From Octopus sinensis (Eukaryota), in NCBI RefSeq assembly GCF_006345805.1, contig NC_042997.1, positions 85,560,001-85,624,000 on the forward strand: a stretch of DNA of 64,000 nucleotides, written 5' to 3'. Below the pieces are notes generated by a model. The model saw nothing but the letters and a program-made list of their open reading frames with translations. It made no database searches and was not told the DNA's origin. The position numbers and the translations under genes are program-made. The first letter of the stretch is position 1, and each line of letters begins with the position of its first letter. Below, one piece after another: positions 37,491-52,529 of the stretch.

Positions 37491-37799
37491 CGGTATAAAT
37501 GTAGATATACAGATATATTTTTATTAATATTTAGCAGAATTAACAGAGTGACACATGTACATACATACATACATACATGAAAGTCTTCTTTCTGTTTCCA
37601 ATTATCAAGTCCACACACAGGTCTTTTGTTGCCCAGGGTTATAGTAAAAAACATTTATCCAAAGTGCTACACAGTGGGACTGAACCTGAAATTATGCAGT
37701 TGAGAAGTGAACTTCTATGTTTTTTAATTAGTCAAAGCACAAAAGGGCAAGAATTTGCTGAAGGCTAAGAATTTATTTTTACTTACATTCAAGCATGTG

Positions 37800-37849
<50 letters not shown>

Positions 37850-38057
37850 GTGTGCTTTTTTCTTGTCAGATAATATATAATTAATTTTTTTTATGTATGC
37901 TTTTCTTGATTTTGTATTTAAAATTATATGATATCATTCTTGCCCAAAGGTGTCTAAAATTATAATAATCTTGCAGAGGAAACGTTTCTATTCATACCAA
38001 ACCATCTGCAAAATGTTTCCACTTATAGGTATATGTTTTGTTTCTAATATTCTTTAA

Positions 38058-38425
38058 TTCTTTTATTTGTTTCAGTCATTTGACTGTGGCCATGCTGGAG
38101 CACCACCTTTAGTCGAACAAATCAACCCCAGGACTTATTCTTTGTAAGCCTAGTACTTATTCTATGAGTCTCATTTGCCGAACCTCTAGTTATGGGGGTG
38201 TAAACACACCAACATTGGTTGTCAAGTGATGGTGGGGAGACAAACACAGATACATAAACACACACACACACATATATACGACAGGCTTCTTTCAGTTTCC
38301 CTCTACCAAACCCACTCACAAGGCTTTAGTCGGTCCAAACCTATAGTAGAAGACACTTACCCAAGAACTGAACCTGGAATCATGTGGTTGGTAAGCAAGC
38401 TCCTTACCACACAACCACTCCAGCA
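38058..38425 (-). mobile_element. SINE family A
   Basis: Reverse-complement match to family A. Confidence 0.85.
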
Positions 38426-38532
38426 TGTAACTATTTATTTCAAAACCAATTTCAAAACATCTGTAGAATCTCAATATTTGTATATCCTGTGTTTTTCATT
38501 CATCCAGGACCCAAGCAGTCAGTCAATTATCT

Positions 38533-38589
<57 letters not shown>

Positions 38590-39099
38590 TCATATGCATG
38601 GGTGGAGAAAGTAATGTAGCAGTGCAGAATAGACTTCAGAGGAGATGTAATACACAGTGTTAACAAAAATTCATACAGAATTTCCCTAGTAAATTCTGCT
38701 TGAATAATATATACTTAGGTTTGATGTAAGAATATTAATTTTGGATATATTCTGCTGAACTGGTGAAATTTGGCAACTTTGGCTAATATTGCATGATAAT
38801 TTTCAATTGCTCTCACTTCAGGCAGCAACAATAATTGTGAAAGTGATATCAAAAGTAGTGCACAATATTGACGTGACTTTCCTAATGCATTCATAGAGAA
38901 AAATAAATGTTGTGGGCAATTAAAATTTTCCACAATCAATAAATTGCACTCTATTTAGATCCTCAATGGATAAATGGTTAAAAATCAATAAGTTGAGAGC
39001 TAATAGACAGAAACCAAACAACAAAAATGTAAGAAGTGTTTTGTGCTTTCAGCCTTCAGTAAGTTCATCTTTGGAAGAAACACCAAAACAAAAAGATGG

Positions 39100-40620
39100 A
39101 CAAAGTTAAAAAATGAAAAAGTGATGTGATAAAATATTTATTGTTTAATTGTATTGGTTAGAATGGGGATTATTTTGAATCAAAGTGTTTGTGTATTGAA
39201 TGCAGAAAGGTTTTTAGTAATAGAAGCTTAAATCCCACAAATGCTTCACTTAAAGATAACACATGAATTTTTAAAAACTCCAAGGGAAGAATGATTTGAA
39301 AATAAGTGTTTGGAATTGAATCAAAGGAAAAGTACATTTTCAGAAACATTGTCATTTATATGATAAAAGAAAATGCTTTCCTAGCTTCATATCATATTAA
39401 TAAAGCTAGGTAAAATATAATTACAGAAAACTTAATAAAGCCTTGTGCAAAAGATTTCAGTTGAAATGCATGGAAGATAAGAAATACATAAAAAAATATC
39501 AACAGCATATCACTTTCTAATGACATAGATGACATATTTTCATGAAATGTCAAATTTTGATAAAACTGCTGCAATGAGGCAGGTTAAAATGAATCCAGAA
39601 TTCTCTCCTCAAAAGGATCAATCAACAAACATTACTGGTACAGTATTTTTTCTTCCGTTCATATGCTATGTTTATGAAGAGAGTACAAAGGAAGATTTGT
39701 TAATATCAGCTTTTGGAGAGTCATGTTAGATGGGGAAGTAATATTTGATTTAATTAATTCATTTCTAGTTACAAATGAAATCTCATGGAATCTTGTTCAA
39801 GCGTTTATACAAATGGAGGTGCTGCTGTTGTAGAGAAAATTTCTGATCTGTTGCAAGAATTAAGACAATCAGAATCCTGAAAGTATCCGCAATTGTCTTC
39901 ATTACCAAGCGGAGCAGCTGAATATATGCTACAGATCTAAAATAACTGATGTTGTAAAACAGTTTAGTTTTATTTAACCAAGCCGCTAAATGGAAGAATC
40001 TGATATTTATTCTGTGAAAATATCAGAAGTCTGCATGTAACTTTATTATTATATACAGAAGTAAGGTGGTGAGCTGGCAGAATCATCATGTTGGGCAAAA
40101 TACTTAGTGGCTTTTAATCTGTCTTTATGTTCTGAGTACAAATTCCACCAAGGTCGACTTTGCCTTTCATCCTTTTGGGGTCAATAAATTAAGTACCAGT
40201 GAAACACTGGGGTCGATGTAACTGACTAGTCCCCTCCCACAAAATTTCAGGTATTGTGCCTTTAATAGAAAGGATTATTTTATACAGGAGTATGCTGGTT
40301 ATCATGCTGAAATGTGTAGGGAAGGTTTTTCAATCTGCATAAAGACATTGGGTTATTTCAAGAACATTTGTTCAAACTTTCAGTCAATCTAAAAGAGTCA
40401 GTGTTGAATGGAAAATAAATGGCTCTCAGATATATTCAATTCAATAAAGTTAATCTTGCAATGTAGGCTACTGACAAAACATGTTTCAGAGTCCGAAGCA
40501 AAATGAATGCATTGAAGTGTAAACTAAAATTTTAGTGGGGACCATGTAACTAAAAATGATCTTGAATGTCATGAAGACCATAGTCATTTCTTGTTTCAAA
40601 CAAACGTTTTCTGAGATGAA
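39100..40620 (+). mobile_element. hAT/Charlie (Buster/ZBED5-like) transposase relic, interrupted by SINE B at 40062-40278
   Basis: Fragments ENLIKPCAKD, ISLSND, FSPQKDQSTNITG (cf. FSLQLDESTD), YVYEESTKEDLL, IFDLINSFLVTNEISW and KVNLAM. Confidence 0.75.
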
Positions 40621-40621
40621 A

Positions 40622-40718
40622 TACTGGGTTGGCCAAAAAGTCTGTTTGATTTTTGTCAACACTAAACTTCAAGCACTCTTAATAAGTAGCAAACTTCTGT
40701 CTGTCCCTTGTGCACACA

Positions 40719-40749
<31 letters not shown>

Positions 40750-41976
40750 TGTTTTAAATCCAGGTTTTGTCCCCCTTAACAGGTGTGGCCAGATCTACCT
40801 CAATGCCATAGCTATCGAGGTAGGCAGGTACAGCCCACCCCAAACTTTGGGCTGGCTGGTGCCCATTCTCCTTTGCTATCATGAGGCTTTTTTGGATATT
40901 TGATGCTACAATGTTGTTCAATATAAACTTGTGATAAAACAGGTTGTATTTTATGGGCTTGGGATCACTTTGAAAATAGATAACCAAAACGAACATTACC
41001 AACATATCAAGAAAGCGACAGAAACTTACAGGATGGTATGCATGTGTATAGAAGGATGTGATTAAGGAACATGTGTGTTAAAAGTGGTTTTCAAGATTTT
41101 GATTGGGAAATTTTTCAGTCCTGACTCAACCGAGATTAACAGCTACAAAATGAAGGAGTTAGTTGACAACAACTCCTGTTAAATGTCCAAGATGATTGCA
41201 GATATTCTCCAAATATCAAAATTGAATGTTGAACACCATCTGCATAAACTTCTTTACATCAGCAGGCTTGGTTTTTGGATCCCACGTCAATTGAATGCTA
41301 CCAACTTTTCCCAACAGACTTCCATCTGCAATTAATTGCAGAAATGTGAAGAAACTGATTCTTTTTTTTAAGAGAATGGTGACAGGGGAGTAAAATGGCT
41401 CATCTATAATTATGTGAAGTGCAAACAATTATGGATTAAGTGTGGTGAATTACCACAAACAACCTCCAAAGCAGGACTTCACCCAAAGGATTTTATGCTA
41501 TCAATTAGGTGGTATTGGAATGGTGTTATCTTTTATGAGCATCTTCCCATGAACAGGACCATCAATTCAGATATATACTATGAGTAGCTGAACAAATTAT
41601 ATTACCACTTGCTAATTAGATGTGGTAGAAGTTACTGGGGCTTGGCTGGGAAGTTTTGCTGCACTGTCCATATTCATCTGTCCTTGTGCCTTCCATGTTT
41701 TCAATATCTTGGTCTCTTCAAAAAACATTAAATGGACAGATCTTCAAATCTAAAGAAGATGTAAAAATTCATCTGGAAGAGTTTTTCCCCAGTAAAGACA
41801 GGAAATTTTTTTCAACCTGGGAATAAAAGATCTGCTCACATGATGGCAGAAGAGACTGCTAATAAAACAGTAATTATATCATTGATTGAATAAATTGCTT
41901 TGTATTTAAAACTTGTCTCTTATTTTTGCTAAAAAAAATTAAAAAAAAAAAAAAGATTTTTTTGACCAATGCAATA
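40622..41976 (+). mobile_element. Old degenerate mariner inserted in the hAT relic
   Basis: Degenerate TIRs TACTGGGTTGGCCAAAAA and TTTTTGACCAATGCAATA. Fragments GLHPKDFMLSIRWYWNGVIFYEHLP, TINSDIY and LGWEVLLHCPYS. Confidence 0.8.
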
Positions 41977-44146
41977 CAAAAGTTGTTGTTGACATCATAA
42001 GAATTAAGAAACTTCAAAAATGTGAAATAATCCCTTGTAGGATCAGTGAATCTTAAAGCAAATAAACCTATAAACAGCATGTAAATGTACCCTTTGAACA
42101 GAAAAAAAATCAATGACTTCTCATGGGATGTGAACTCATATCTCCTGAAAATGTGACAGATGTTCTACTATGTTTGCAGAAGATATGGGTTTATGTCCCC
42201 TCAGACAGCCTTCAAATTTTTGTATTGAAAGGGATTTTAACCCAATATTTACACACTGTTATTTACAATAGTTGACCAAGATACCTGGCAACTTACTGGA
42301 CTCCAGAAGGCCTGTCCTCCACAGCAGAAGTGTTAAGCTCACATGCCCTGGTGAAGAGGATTGGCCTACAAGAATTCTGTGCCAGTACCTCATAAAAAGC
42401 ACTTGTGCTGGTGCCACATAAGAGTGCTCATACTGATGTTATGTTAAAAGCACCCAGCACACACAGAAAAGTGGTTGGTGTTAGGAAGGGCATCCAGCCA
42501 TAGAAACCATGCCAAATCAGACTGGAACCTGGTGCAGCTCTTCAGCCTACCAGTTCTAGTCGAACCATCCAACTCATGCCAGCATGTAAAAGAGACATTA
42601 AAAAATGATGATGATCATGTTGCTTCACGATACATTGTTCCCGAAAAAGAATGAAAGATATCGTTTTATGACATTAGTATGTATGTATAAATCAATAACG
42701 ATATTACATTTAAAAAGAAAAAAATGAATTATATGGAAATATTATTTAATATGTTCTTTTCATTCATAAGAAAAAGACCTCTCACAATAATAATAAAGAA
42801 AAAATTATAAACCCTGAGCTGTTCTCTTCCCTTAAAAGAAAGCTTCACCCTTTCTTTCATTTCTTACTAAACTCTCTTTCTCTCCCTCTCTTACTCTGAA
42901 AGCAAGTGTAGGTAGCAGCATCAAGAGTCACCAGTCAAATTTCCCATGAGTGAAGTAACATTTCCCAGTTGAAACTGAAAGTTAACTTTGGGTTGAAAAA
43001 TCATTTGCAAACTTATGAAGCTTAAGTAATTTCTCACAGAAAGAAAAGGAAACAATAAATAAACATTGTGATGTTCAACTCAAAATCATAATTCCAACTA
43101 CTAGAACTGACAAAATATTTTGGATTGCATTATTAATGGAGTACACTACTACAAGTACAAAAAAAAAACTGTAAAAGTGTTAATGGAATTTGTGATATCA
43201 TTTACACAAAAGACATTTTACACTATGTTCATCATCATCATTCTCATCATCATCATCATCATCATCATCATTATTTAACGTCCATTGTCCATTCTGATAT
43301 GAGTTGGATGATTTGTCCAGAGCTGGTAAGCTGGGGAGCTGCACCAGACTCCATTAGACATCCTTCCTAACACCAACCACTTTACAGAGTGTGCTGGGTA
43401 CTTTTACGTGGCACTACACAGGCACAATTATGTGACACCACACAGGCGCTTTTACATGATGCCACACATGCACTTTTACACGGTCTTAAGATTTCTGCTG
43501 CAGAGTTCAGTTCTTCTTGAGTACAGCAAGGCACCAGGTATCTCAGTCTTTGTCATCTCACCTTAGCTCTTCACTACTTCATTCCATGTCTTCCTGGGTT
43601 TCTCACTTTACTGTTCAATAACACAAAAACAGATTCAGAAATAGAGTGTATATAGAAGCAGATCTACAGATACAAGTGACAAAGTTCCAAATACTGTAAC
43701 CCATGATCAGCAGCGAACTCAGTTATGTAACTTTTAGTCTTATGAAGGTCAGCTGAAAAGTTGTTGGGTCAAGGTTGTTTCATTTGCAGGGAAGGTGATG
43801 GCCTTGGGAAAGGAACAATGCAGTTATTAATAAGAAAATTTGAAATTAATATCTGCAAGATTTCCCAGCTCTAGCATCATAAGAAAAAGGAGGTAGTCAG
43901 AAATTTGGATAATTATTTATTTCATCTCATTTGAATCTCTGAAATAAGATGAGAGCACTAAATAAATTATTGTCCAAAATTCTGACTACCTCCTTTTTCT
44001 TTATATATGGAATCTGTACAACACTTTCAACAATCTATACAAATACATACATACATACATACATACATACATACATACATGCATACATACATACATACAA
44101 CATACATACATACTACATACATACATACAATACATACATACATATA

Positions 44147-44192
<46 letters not shown>

Positions 44193-44263
44193 ATGTTTTG
44201 TTGTCCCATTTTTGTATCACCTAACTGTTCGGATGTTTTGCGTTCTTCTCCCATTCTGTATTT

Positions 44264-44328
<65 letters not shown>

Positions 44329-45239
44329 CGGCATCATACACTTTGGTCCCTTATATGTAAGCATACATTTTTCTAAACCTTATTTGACTCTTTTTCTGTC
44401 TACTTGAGTAATAAAGGTAGAATGAGGTATTTTTGCCTCTTGGCTGAAATAGCTGTAAGTTATTTTCCCAATTTATATTCATGTGTGTTATTTTGTAATA
44501 ATTACTGGTATCCTTATATATTAATATATTTTATATCTTATAAGTAAAGCATAATATGTTATACATGTATGTATATCCTTGAATTGTCAGTTTAGTAAAT
44601 AAATAAATATGTTAACATAATATAATGTCTAAAAGTTGATGAACCACCTATTGATCCCCTCCATTTTCTTATTGCTATATATATATATATATATTTAGAG
44701 AGGGAGAGAGAGGGAGAAAGAGGCAGAAAGAGAAGAATAGATGCAGTACATGACTGGTTCATTATCATTTCATCAAAGAATGAAAGTCAAAGCTGATCTT
44801 AGCAGGATTTGAATTCAGAACTCAAAGAGGCTGGAACAAATACCATAAGAAGCTTCTAAAGCTTCACTGATTCAGCCAACTGGTTACCTTATTTTAATAA
44901 TAACTCATCTGAAAATTATAGATGCCTAAGATAATCTTTTATTAACATTTTAACACATTACCTTGCATCTAATAAGTTTAAAACTTCCTGTATAGCTTAA
45001 GAAATAATTTTCATATTTCTTGTCCGTATATGACATTGGTGCATAAGATTTTTTTTTTTTAGATGTAATTCCAGCTTCCAGTCTGTAGTAAATTGATGTT
45101 GAATTATTATAACTGCCTTCCTCCTTATTTACAATTTTTCATTATCATTTTGCTTTGTAGTTTTTATTTGTATACCAAGAGCAATGTTCTTCCTAAAAAG
45201 TTGTATCAAATAGGGAACTGTTAGTATTTTCTGATGACA

Positions 45240-45871
45240 ATGATGATGATGAGGAGGAGGAGGATGATAATGATGATGTTAATGATGATGATGGTGGTGG
45301 TGGTGTTGGTGGTGATGAAAAAGATGTGGAAAAGGAGAAAAGGAAAAATTAAAAAATACCAATAACAACAACAATAACAAATATATATGGTGGTGGTGAT
45401 GGTGGTGGTGATGGTGATGATGGTGGTGGTGCTGGTGGTGGTGCTGGTTTTGGTGGCGGTGGTGCTGGTACTGGTGGCGGTGGTGATAATGGCAATGATT
45501 ATGATGATGATGAGGAGGAGGAGGAGGAGGAGGAGGAGGATGGGGGTGGTGATGAGGATGATGGAGGTGGTGATGATGCTATTGAAGGTGACGTTGGTAG
45601 TGGTGCTGGCAGGTACTGATGGTAGTGATGATGGTGGTATATTTGGTAGAGGTGTTGGCAGAAGTCTTGGTAGTGGTGGTGATGTTATTGGTATTGTTGG
45701 TATAAAACGAATTAGTAATGAAATCAAGTCACTAATAATATAAATAATCCATAAATGTGTAAAAGACTGAATGCTAGTCAGGTATTAATGAATGTAATAT
45801 TGGCATTGGTTCATTCATATTTTTTTTGTACAGATAAAAGTTATTACACAACCTTATTACAGCAACATTAT

Positions 45872-45906
<35 letters not shown>

Positions 45907-45951
45907 GTATCATCATCATCATCATCATTTATTATCACTATATTATTATTA

Positions 45952-45991
<40 letters not shown>

Positions 45992-46265
45992 ATTTTCATA
46001 TTGGTTATTTTTTTTTTCTTCACATCTTTACACAGACTTGGCAGTCATTCACAAAACTCTTGCCAAGAAATTGCTTTATGTAATTTTTTGTTGTTTTTTG
46101 TTAATATGTGTGTGTCTCTATTTGTGCATGTATATATGTGTGTGTGTATCTATATATATATATATAACATCCATACAAAAAATATATATATATAAATACA
46201 TATATATATTTATATGTAACATACACTCAAATATATCGATATATATATGTATGTATGTGTATACA

Positions 46266-46315
<50 letters not shown>

Positions 46316-46371
46316 ATATATATTATATATATATATATGTATGCATGTATGTATGTATGTATGTATGTATG

Positions 46372-46432
<61 letters not shown>

Positions 46433-46515
46433 GTGTGCGTGTGTGTATATATATATATATATATACACACTCATATATATAAATATATATAAGTATGTGT
46501 GTGTGTGTGTGTGTG
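45240..46515. repeat. Compound microsatellites: (GAT/GGT/GAG)n 45240-45690, (TAC)/(TAT)n 45870-45990, (TA)/(TATG)n 46140-46515
   Basis: Directly visible. Confidence 0.95.
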
Positions 46516-47239
46516 TCTCATCATTGTTGTTATCATCATCATTTAATGTCCATCTTCCATGCTGGTATGGGTTGGACAGCCTGAGAGGAGCTATCCGGCC
46601 AGAAAGCTGCATCAGACTCCAGTTGTCTGTTTTGACCTAGTTTCTATGGCTGAATACCCTTCCTAATGTCAGCCACTTTACAGATTGCTCTAGGTGCATT
46701 TTTTTAAATGGCACCAGCCTAAGCACTATCTGTGGCACCAGCATGGATGCTTTTTATGTGATACCAGCATGATTACTTTTTATGGATGAGAAGGTTATCT
46801 TTGCCAGGTGTTAGCTACATATATCCTCATCAGATAATTTCTTAAAAAGCCTTAGGGCTGAAACATGTAAAAGAAGAAAAAAATTGGTTCTGTGGAATTT
46901 GGTTTTAAATCCTTGTAAGCATCACTGTATTTTATCTGATATTACTATAATATTAAAGCAGCAAGCTAGCAGAATTGTTAGCATGCCGGGCAAAATGCTT
47001 AGTGTCATATCCTCCATCTTTATCTTCTGAGTTCAAATTCCACTAAGATTGACTTTGCCCTTCATCCTTTCAGGGTTGATTAATCGAATTAACTCCTCTG
47101 CTGAAATTGCTGGCCTTGGACCAAAATTTGAAACTTATATTACTATATCACTAGAAGCCTGTAAGGGAGCACCTGTGTAATTTCTTGATCCACAAGTAAT
47201 AACAGCAAAATGAAATCACTTTTGAATCACAGTCCCACT

Positions 47240-47457
47240 CTTTTACTCTCTCTTTACTTTTTTACTTGTTTCAGCCATTTGACTGTGGCCATGCTGGAGC
47301 ACCGCCTTTAGTCAAGCAAATCAACCCCAGGACTTATTCTTTGTAAGCCTAGTACTTATTCTATCAGTCTCTTTTGTCGAACCACTAAGTTACAGGAGCG
47401 TAAACACACCAGCATCAGTTGTCAAGCAATGTTGGGGGTACAAACACAAACACATAA

Positions 47458-47490
<33 letters not shown>

Positions 47491-47689
47491 AACACACACA
47501 CACATATATATATATATACATATATACGATGGGCTTCTTTCAGCTTCCGTCTACCAAGTCCACTCACAAGGCTTTGGTCAGCCCAAGGCTATAGTAGAAG
47601 ACACTTGCCCAAGGTGCCATCTAGTGGGAATTAACCCAGAACCATGTGGTTGGTAAGCAAGCTACTTACCACACAGCCACTCCTGTGCC
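47240..47689 (-). mobile_element. SINE family A, full length
   Basis: Reverse-complement match to family A. SINE B lies immediately upstream at 46955-47135 (plus). Confidence 0.88.
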
Positions 47690-48299
47690 ACTGTCTTAAA
47701 TATGTGATGATGATGATTCTTTCAGGTTCAGATGTAAGACTTTTTCTAGCGTTCTTCAACATTTAGCATTAGAATGTTCTGAAACACATCCAACTTTGAA
47801 TATATATATGTGTGTCTGTATATGCCTGTGTTTATGTGTATATATGTAGGCAAGTATGTATTTGTATGTACACTGTTCAGACACACACACACACACACAT
47901 AATCTCCCCACCCACCCACACATGTACACATGTACACACACATACACACTCAAGTGACATGGTAACCTCACTAGTGCCAGTGACATGGAAAAAGCACCCA
48001 GTGCACTTTGTAAAGTGGTTGACATTAAGTAGGACATCCAGGCATAGAAACCATGCCAAAATAGACAATTGAGCTTGATGCAGCCCTGCAACTTGTGGGT
48101 TCCTTGTCAAACCATCCTTAACCAGACATTAAATGATGATGATATGGCTGTGCTATTGGGAAGTTAATTTCACAACCCCATGGTTTCATATTTGATACTA
48201 CCACATGAGACCTTGGGCAAGTCCCTTCAATTATAACCTAACATTGACCAATGCTTTGTGAGTAAAATTCAGTAAACTAAAACTGTAAAAAGGTACAGA

Positions 48300-50490
48300 A
48301 GCCCAATATATCTCAATATTTTGTATGACACAAGGACCTAGCTCTCAGTAATTTGTAAACTTTATACTAGCAGTGTTTGGACAGTAGTTATGGAATATTT
48401 TCCACAGTGTACAAATGATATAGCCCTTTTGGTGACATTGGAGAGAACAGTTTCAGCTTGTTGAGGCAATCCCATTAATCAAGGCCTGTTATAAAATATT
48501 TTTCTTCTGTGTTCATTTCTGGGCATGCCTCAGGTCTCATAATGTTTTGTCATATATAGGGAGACCACAGTGGGTAGTATTATTCAAGGTAAGGTCTAAT
48601 AAACATAGAGAAAAGAAAGATGATGGCATCAGGGTCTCTGGACCAAATACTTCTAAGAACCCAGGAGCACATTCTGTGGGCTATATCATCTTTATTGTTA
48701 ATATGTGTATTCCTAGTTAGGTTGGTGTCCATATTTAACAGTTTCGCCTAAGACTCTGATATTATTTGATGCTACAAGAAGCTCTTCTGGGAGAAGAGAA
48801 TGTGGCTGTTTAAATGTATTCTTTCTCCAAAGTGGATGAACTTAAATTTCCCCTCATCTTGCAGCATGTCCCCTCACCCTCCATCAAAGTACAGTATGCA
48901 GATCAGACTGGAGTTCTCTTTGGTCACATTCTTCTTTGCTAATTTTCTGGAGCTTAGAGTCATCTTTCCTACATTTCATGACGTTTTCAACATCATATTA
49001 TTTCCTACTTGTTTCGGTCATTAGCGGGGCATCATTCTAAAGAATTTTTAACCAAATAAATCAAACCCAGTACTTATTTTTGATAAGCCTGGTACTTATT
49101 CTATTGGTATCTTTTGCCAAACCACTAAGTTACAGTGTACGTAAATACACCAACACTAGTTGTCAAGTGATGGGCGAAAGCACAGACAAAAAGACACACA
49201 CACACATACACACAATAAGCTTCTTTCAGTTTTCATCAACCAAATCCACTCACAAGGCTTTGGTTGGCCCAAGGCTATAGTAGCAAACACTTACCCAATG
49301 TGTCATGCAGTGGGAGTGAACCCAGAACCATGTGATTGGGAAACAAACTTCTTACCACTCAGTCACACCTGCGCTTGTAACTAATAAACAGAAGTGAACC
49401 CAACTCAATACCCTGAAGGACTTTTGCTGGACTTGAGCAAATTTTGTCAATTGCAACATGTTAGATTCTGCTAGTTAGAAAACATTTAATCCACTGCAGT
49501 AGCTTACTACATACTCCAGTGTCCGGTAATTCCTTCAGTAGAATGCTGTGGTCAACTCTATCAAAAGTTTTACTGGAGTCAAAATAAACAACACTTGTAT
49601 TAGTGTATTCACCCAGAGCATTTAGAATATCATCAATGTGGTGTAGAAGCTATTTTAGGCAGTCTCTGCTATCATGAAAAAAATGCTGTTAGGTTCTAAG
49701 AAATGATTTTTTTTTCTCTACAGGAAGGCAGTTTTTTTTTATCTGACCACCTCCTCAAATACTTTAATAGCACTGTGAAACAAAATTAAAATATTTTTTT
49801 GTCTTTGGTCAGTATGTGTTATTTCCTATTTGCTTCTATTTTGAAATCAAAGGAAATGACTACTGTTTCTTTCAAACTTTGCTTTTGTGACCTAGATATC
49901 AATGTTTTGAAATTGACTTGTTTTCCATTACATTTCAGACAGATTCAATACTGAGTTACTGAAGCAGAAATATCATTATAGCAAATATTCTGCTCAATAT
50001 GATAAATTTGCTTGTCAGTTACTTGACTATAACCATCTGAGCATGTCCTTTAGTGGCTGACAATATGTACAATATGGACAGGAGTAGTTAGCCATGTGCT
50101 GAGAGGGATTCTTTGGGGTTTGAATAAATGTAACAAAAGCAAAGTTTGAAGGAAATATTAGCCATTTCCCATACTTTCTAGGGGTAAGCAAATAGGAGAT
50201 AGAAACAGTTGCTACTAAAGGACAAAAATTGTGTTACACAGTATAATATGAGAGATTAGTGAAATCAGATGATAATTCCCTGTGAGTGATTTATTTCCCT
50301 TTTTAAAAACTAGGATAACAGACTGTGACAGAAAATACAAAAGTTTAAAAACCTAACTCAAGTGATTTCCTCCAGAGATTAGCAAGAGATGTAAGGTGAT
50401 GCTTGCGCTCATTCAGGGAACAAACTAGAGGAACATGAGTAAATATTATCCAGTACTGTGTATAAAACTTTCAATCTTGGGTGACTTTTG
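48300..50490 (-). mobile_element. CR1-clade LINE RT relic, interrupted by SINE A (49005-49372) and a MITE (49773-50241)
   Basis: Reverse-complement fragments RDCLK.LLHHIDDIL, VVYFDSSKTFDRVDHSILL, FIRPYLEY.PLWSPY and LKLFS. Confidence 0.75.
49773..50241. mobile_element. MITE with about 115-bp degenerate TIRs (CTGTG...CACAG-TA), Tc1/mariner-type
   Basis: CTTTCAAACTTTGCTTTTGTGAC pairs with GTAACAAAAGCAAAGTTTGAAGG, and TCCTATTTGCTT pairs with AAGCAAATAGGA. Confidence 0.7.
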
Positions 50491-50588
50491 TAACATTTTG
50501 TTGACTATAGCCCTGGGCTGACTGAAGTCCTATAAATGGATTTGGTAGATATGGAAGCTTAAGGAAGTTCATTGTACACACACACACA

Positions 50589-50643
<55 letters not shown>

Positions 50644-50922
50644 GCATGTATGTATGTATGTATTTATGTCTCTATTTGTGTATCTTCCTATGTTTATGTT
50701 TGTCACCCACTATCATTTGACAACTGGTGTTGGTTTATTTAGGTCCCTGTAACTTAGCTGCTTTACAAAAAGAGACCAATAGAATAAGTAACAGGCTTAA
50801 AAATAAAATTAAGTACTGGGGGCAATTTGTTTGACTAAACACTTTAAGGCAATACCCCAGCATGGCTGCAGTCCATTCACTGAAACAAGTAAAAAGTAAA
50901 AGATATATATATATATGTATAT

Positions 50923-51152
50923 ATACAAAATTAAGAGGAATGACCGCTTAAGTGGACACCTAATATGCTAAACATAGACGTCAAATCAGCATTACCACGA
51001 AGAATGTGTTCTGAAAAAATATCTCAGCAAAACGCCATAATATAAAATTGAGCAAGACAAATGAAACACATTCTTCATGGTAATGGCGATTTGACATCTA
51101 TGTTTAGCATATTAGGTATCCACTTTAGTGGTCATTCCTTTTAATCTTGTAT
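50923..51152. repeat. Fold-back repeat with about 88-bp arms abutting (TA)n; probable inverted PLE pseudo-LTR
   Basis: 50923-51010 matches the reverse complement of 51065-51152 at roughly 90% identity by eye. Confidence 0.8.
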
Positions 51153-51355
51153 GTAACACACAACTTTTGATCTTTGGATTTTTTTAAATATGCTAAGCCA
51201 CTGGTTTTAATTGATTAATATCAATTTCTACCCTTATTATTTAGTATCATCATCATCATCATTATCATCATCATTTAACGTCCGCTTTCCATGCTAGCAT
51301 GGGTTGGATGGTTCAACTGGGGTCTGGGGAGCCCGAAGACTGCACCAGGCCAGTC

Positions 51356-51408
<53 letters not shown>

Positions 51409-52529
51409 CATAGATACACACATTCATATACATACGTCTATATTTATATTTATAGATGTGTTGTTATTGCATGGTACATGTGTGTCTGCATGTGTGTCTG
51501 TAGCTGTGTATATGAGCCTGTGTGTGTGTGTGCATGTGTGTGTGTGCATGTGTTTGTATTAAATAAATCTATGCAAAGCATATACAACATCTGTTTGAAC
51601 TGGCATTGAAATATATTCCATTGAACTGATCAATGATTTTCTGGTTAACTTCTATCTTCTTTCTTAGCCTCTATGCTGCTGACATACATAGAAAACCTGG
51701 TCTGCTTTTTATTTCAATCTGTTTCTTGTCAATTGTATTTGCTATCATCATTTATCTTCCACTTACAGAATAGAACATCAGAGAGAAATGACACAAAAAA
51801 ACATTAGCAATTCTATAGTAGACGTTGTTGCTATAGTTGTTGCCGCTATTGTTGTCATAGTTTTTTATGTTGTTGTTGTTTTGTTGGTTTTTTTATGTTT
51901 TTTTTTTGCTTTCCTGTTGGTGTTGTTGTTGATAAGTCCTTCCTAAGTTGGGACTGATTGAACAAACCTGCAATAAAAGTACTGAAGACACAGACCAGCT
52001 CATCTTTTTTTTTTATGTTATTTTTTCAGACAGTTTATATCTATGCTAATATTATCCAATGTGTGTGTCCCTGTGGTTTTGAAGATAGTAAGGAAGTTAT
52101 TTGAGGTTGATTTAACTGCTCATACTAGCAAGTCAAGTGACTACATAGAGACGTTTTTGTCAGCTCTCACATATGTTAGTAGACAACTAAGATGGTTTAG
52201 ACATATAAATGGAAGCTTCTGGCTGAGTAATATTTTATATTATATAGATAATAACTATTTTTGTTATAATAAAAATAATTAATTCTTTTTATTGGCCACA
52301 AGGGCTAATATAAATCAAAACATTAAAGGACAACACAAGACGATCAACCAAGGGTTTTGCAAAAAAGGTCTGTGTAAACATTTCATAACAAAAACAGCAA
52401 TATAACAAGTAAAAACTCCCAGTAGAGGGAGGCACTTTGAAGGTTACTCATGGGAAAACCCATAAAAGCCACGGGTGCCTGGTCAACAGACGAGAACCTT
52501 TTTTCCTTTCATACCTTTATAATAATAAT

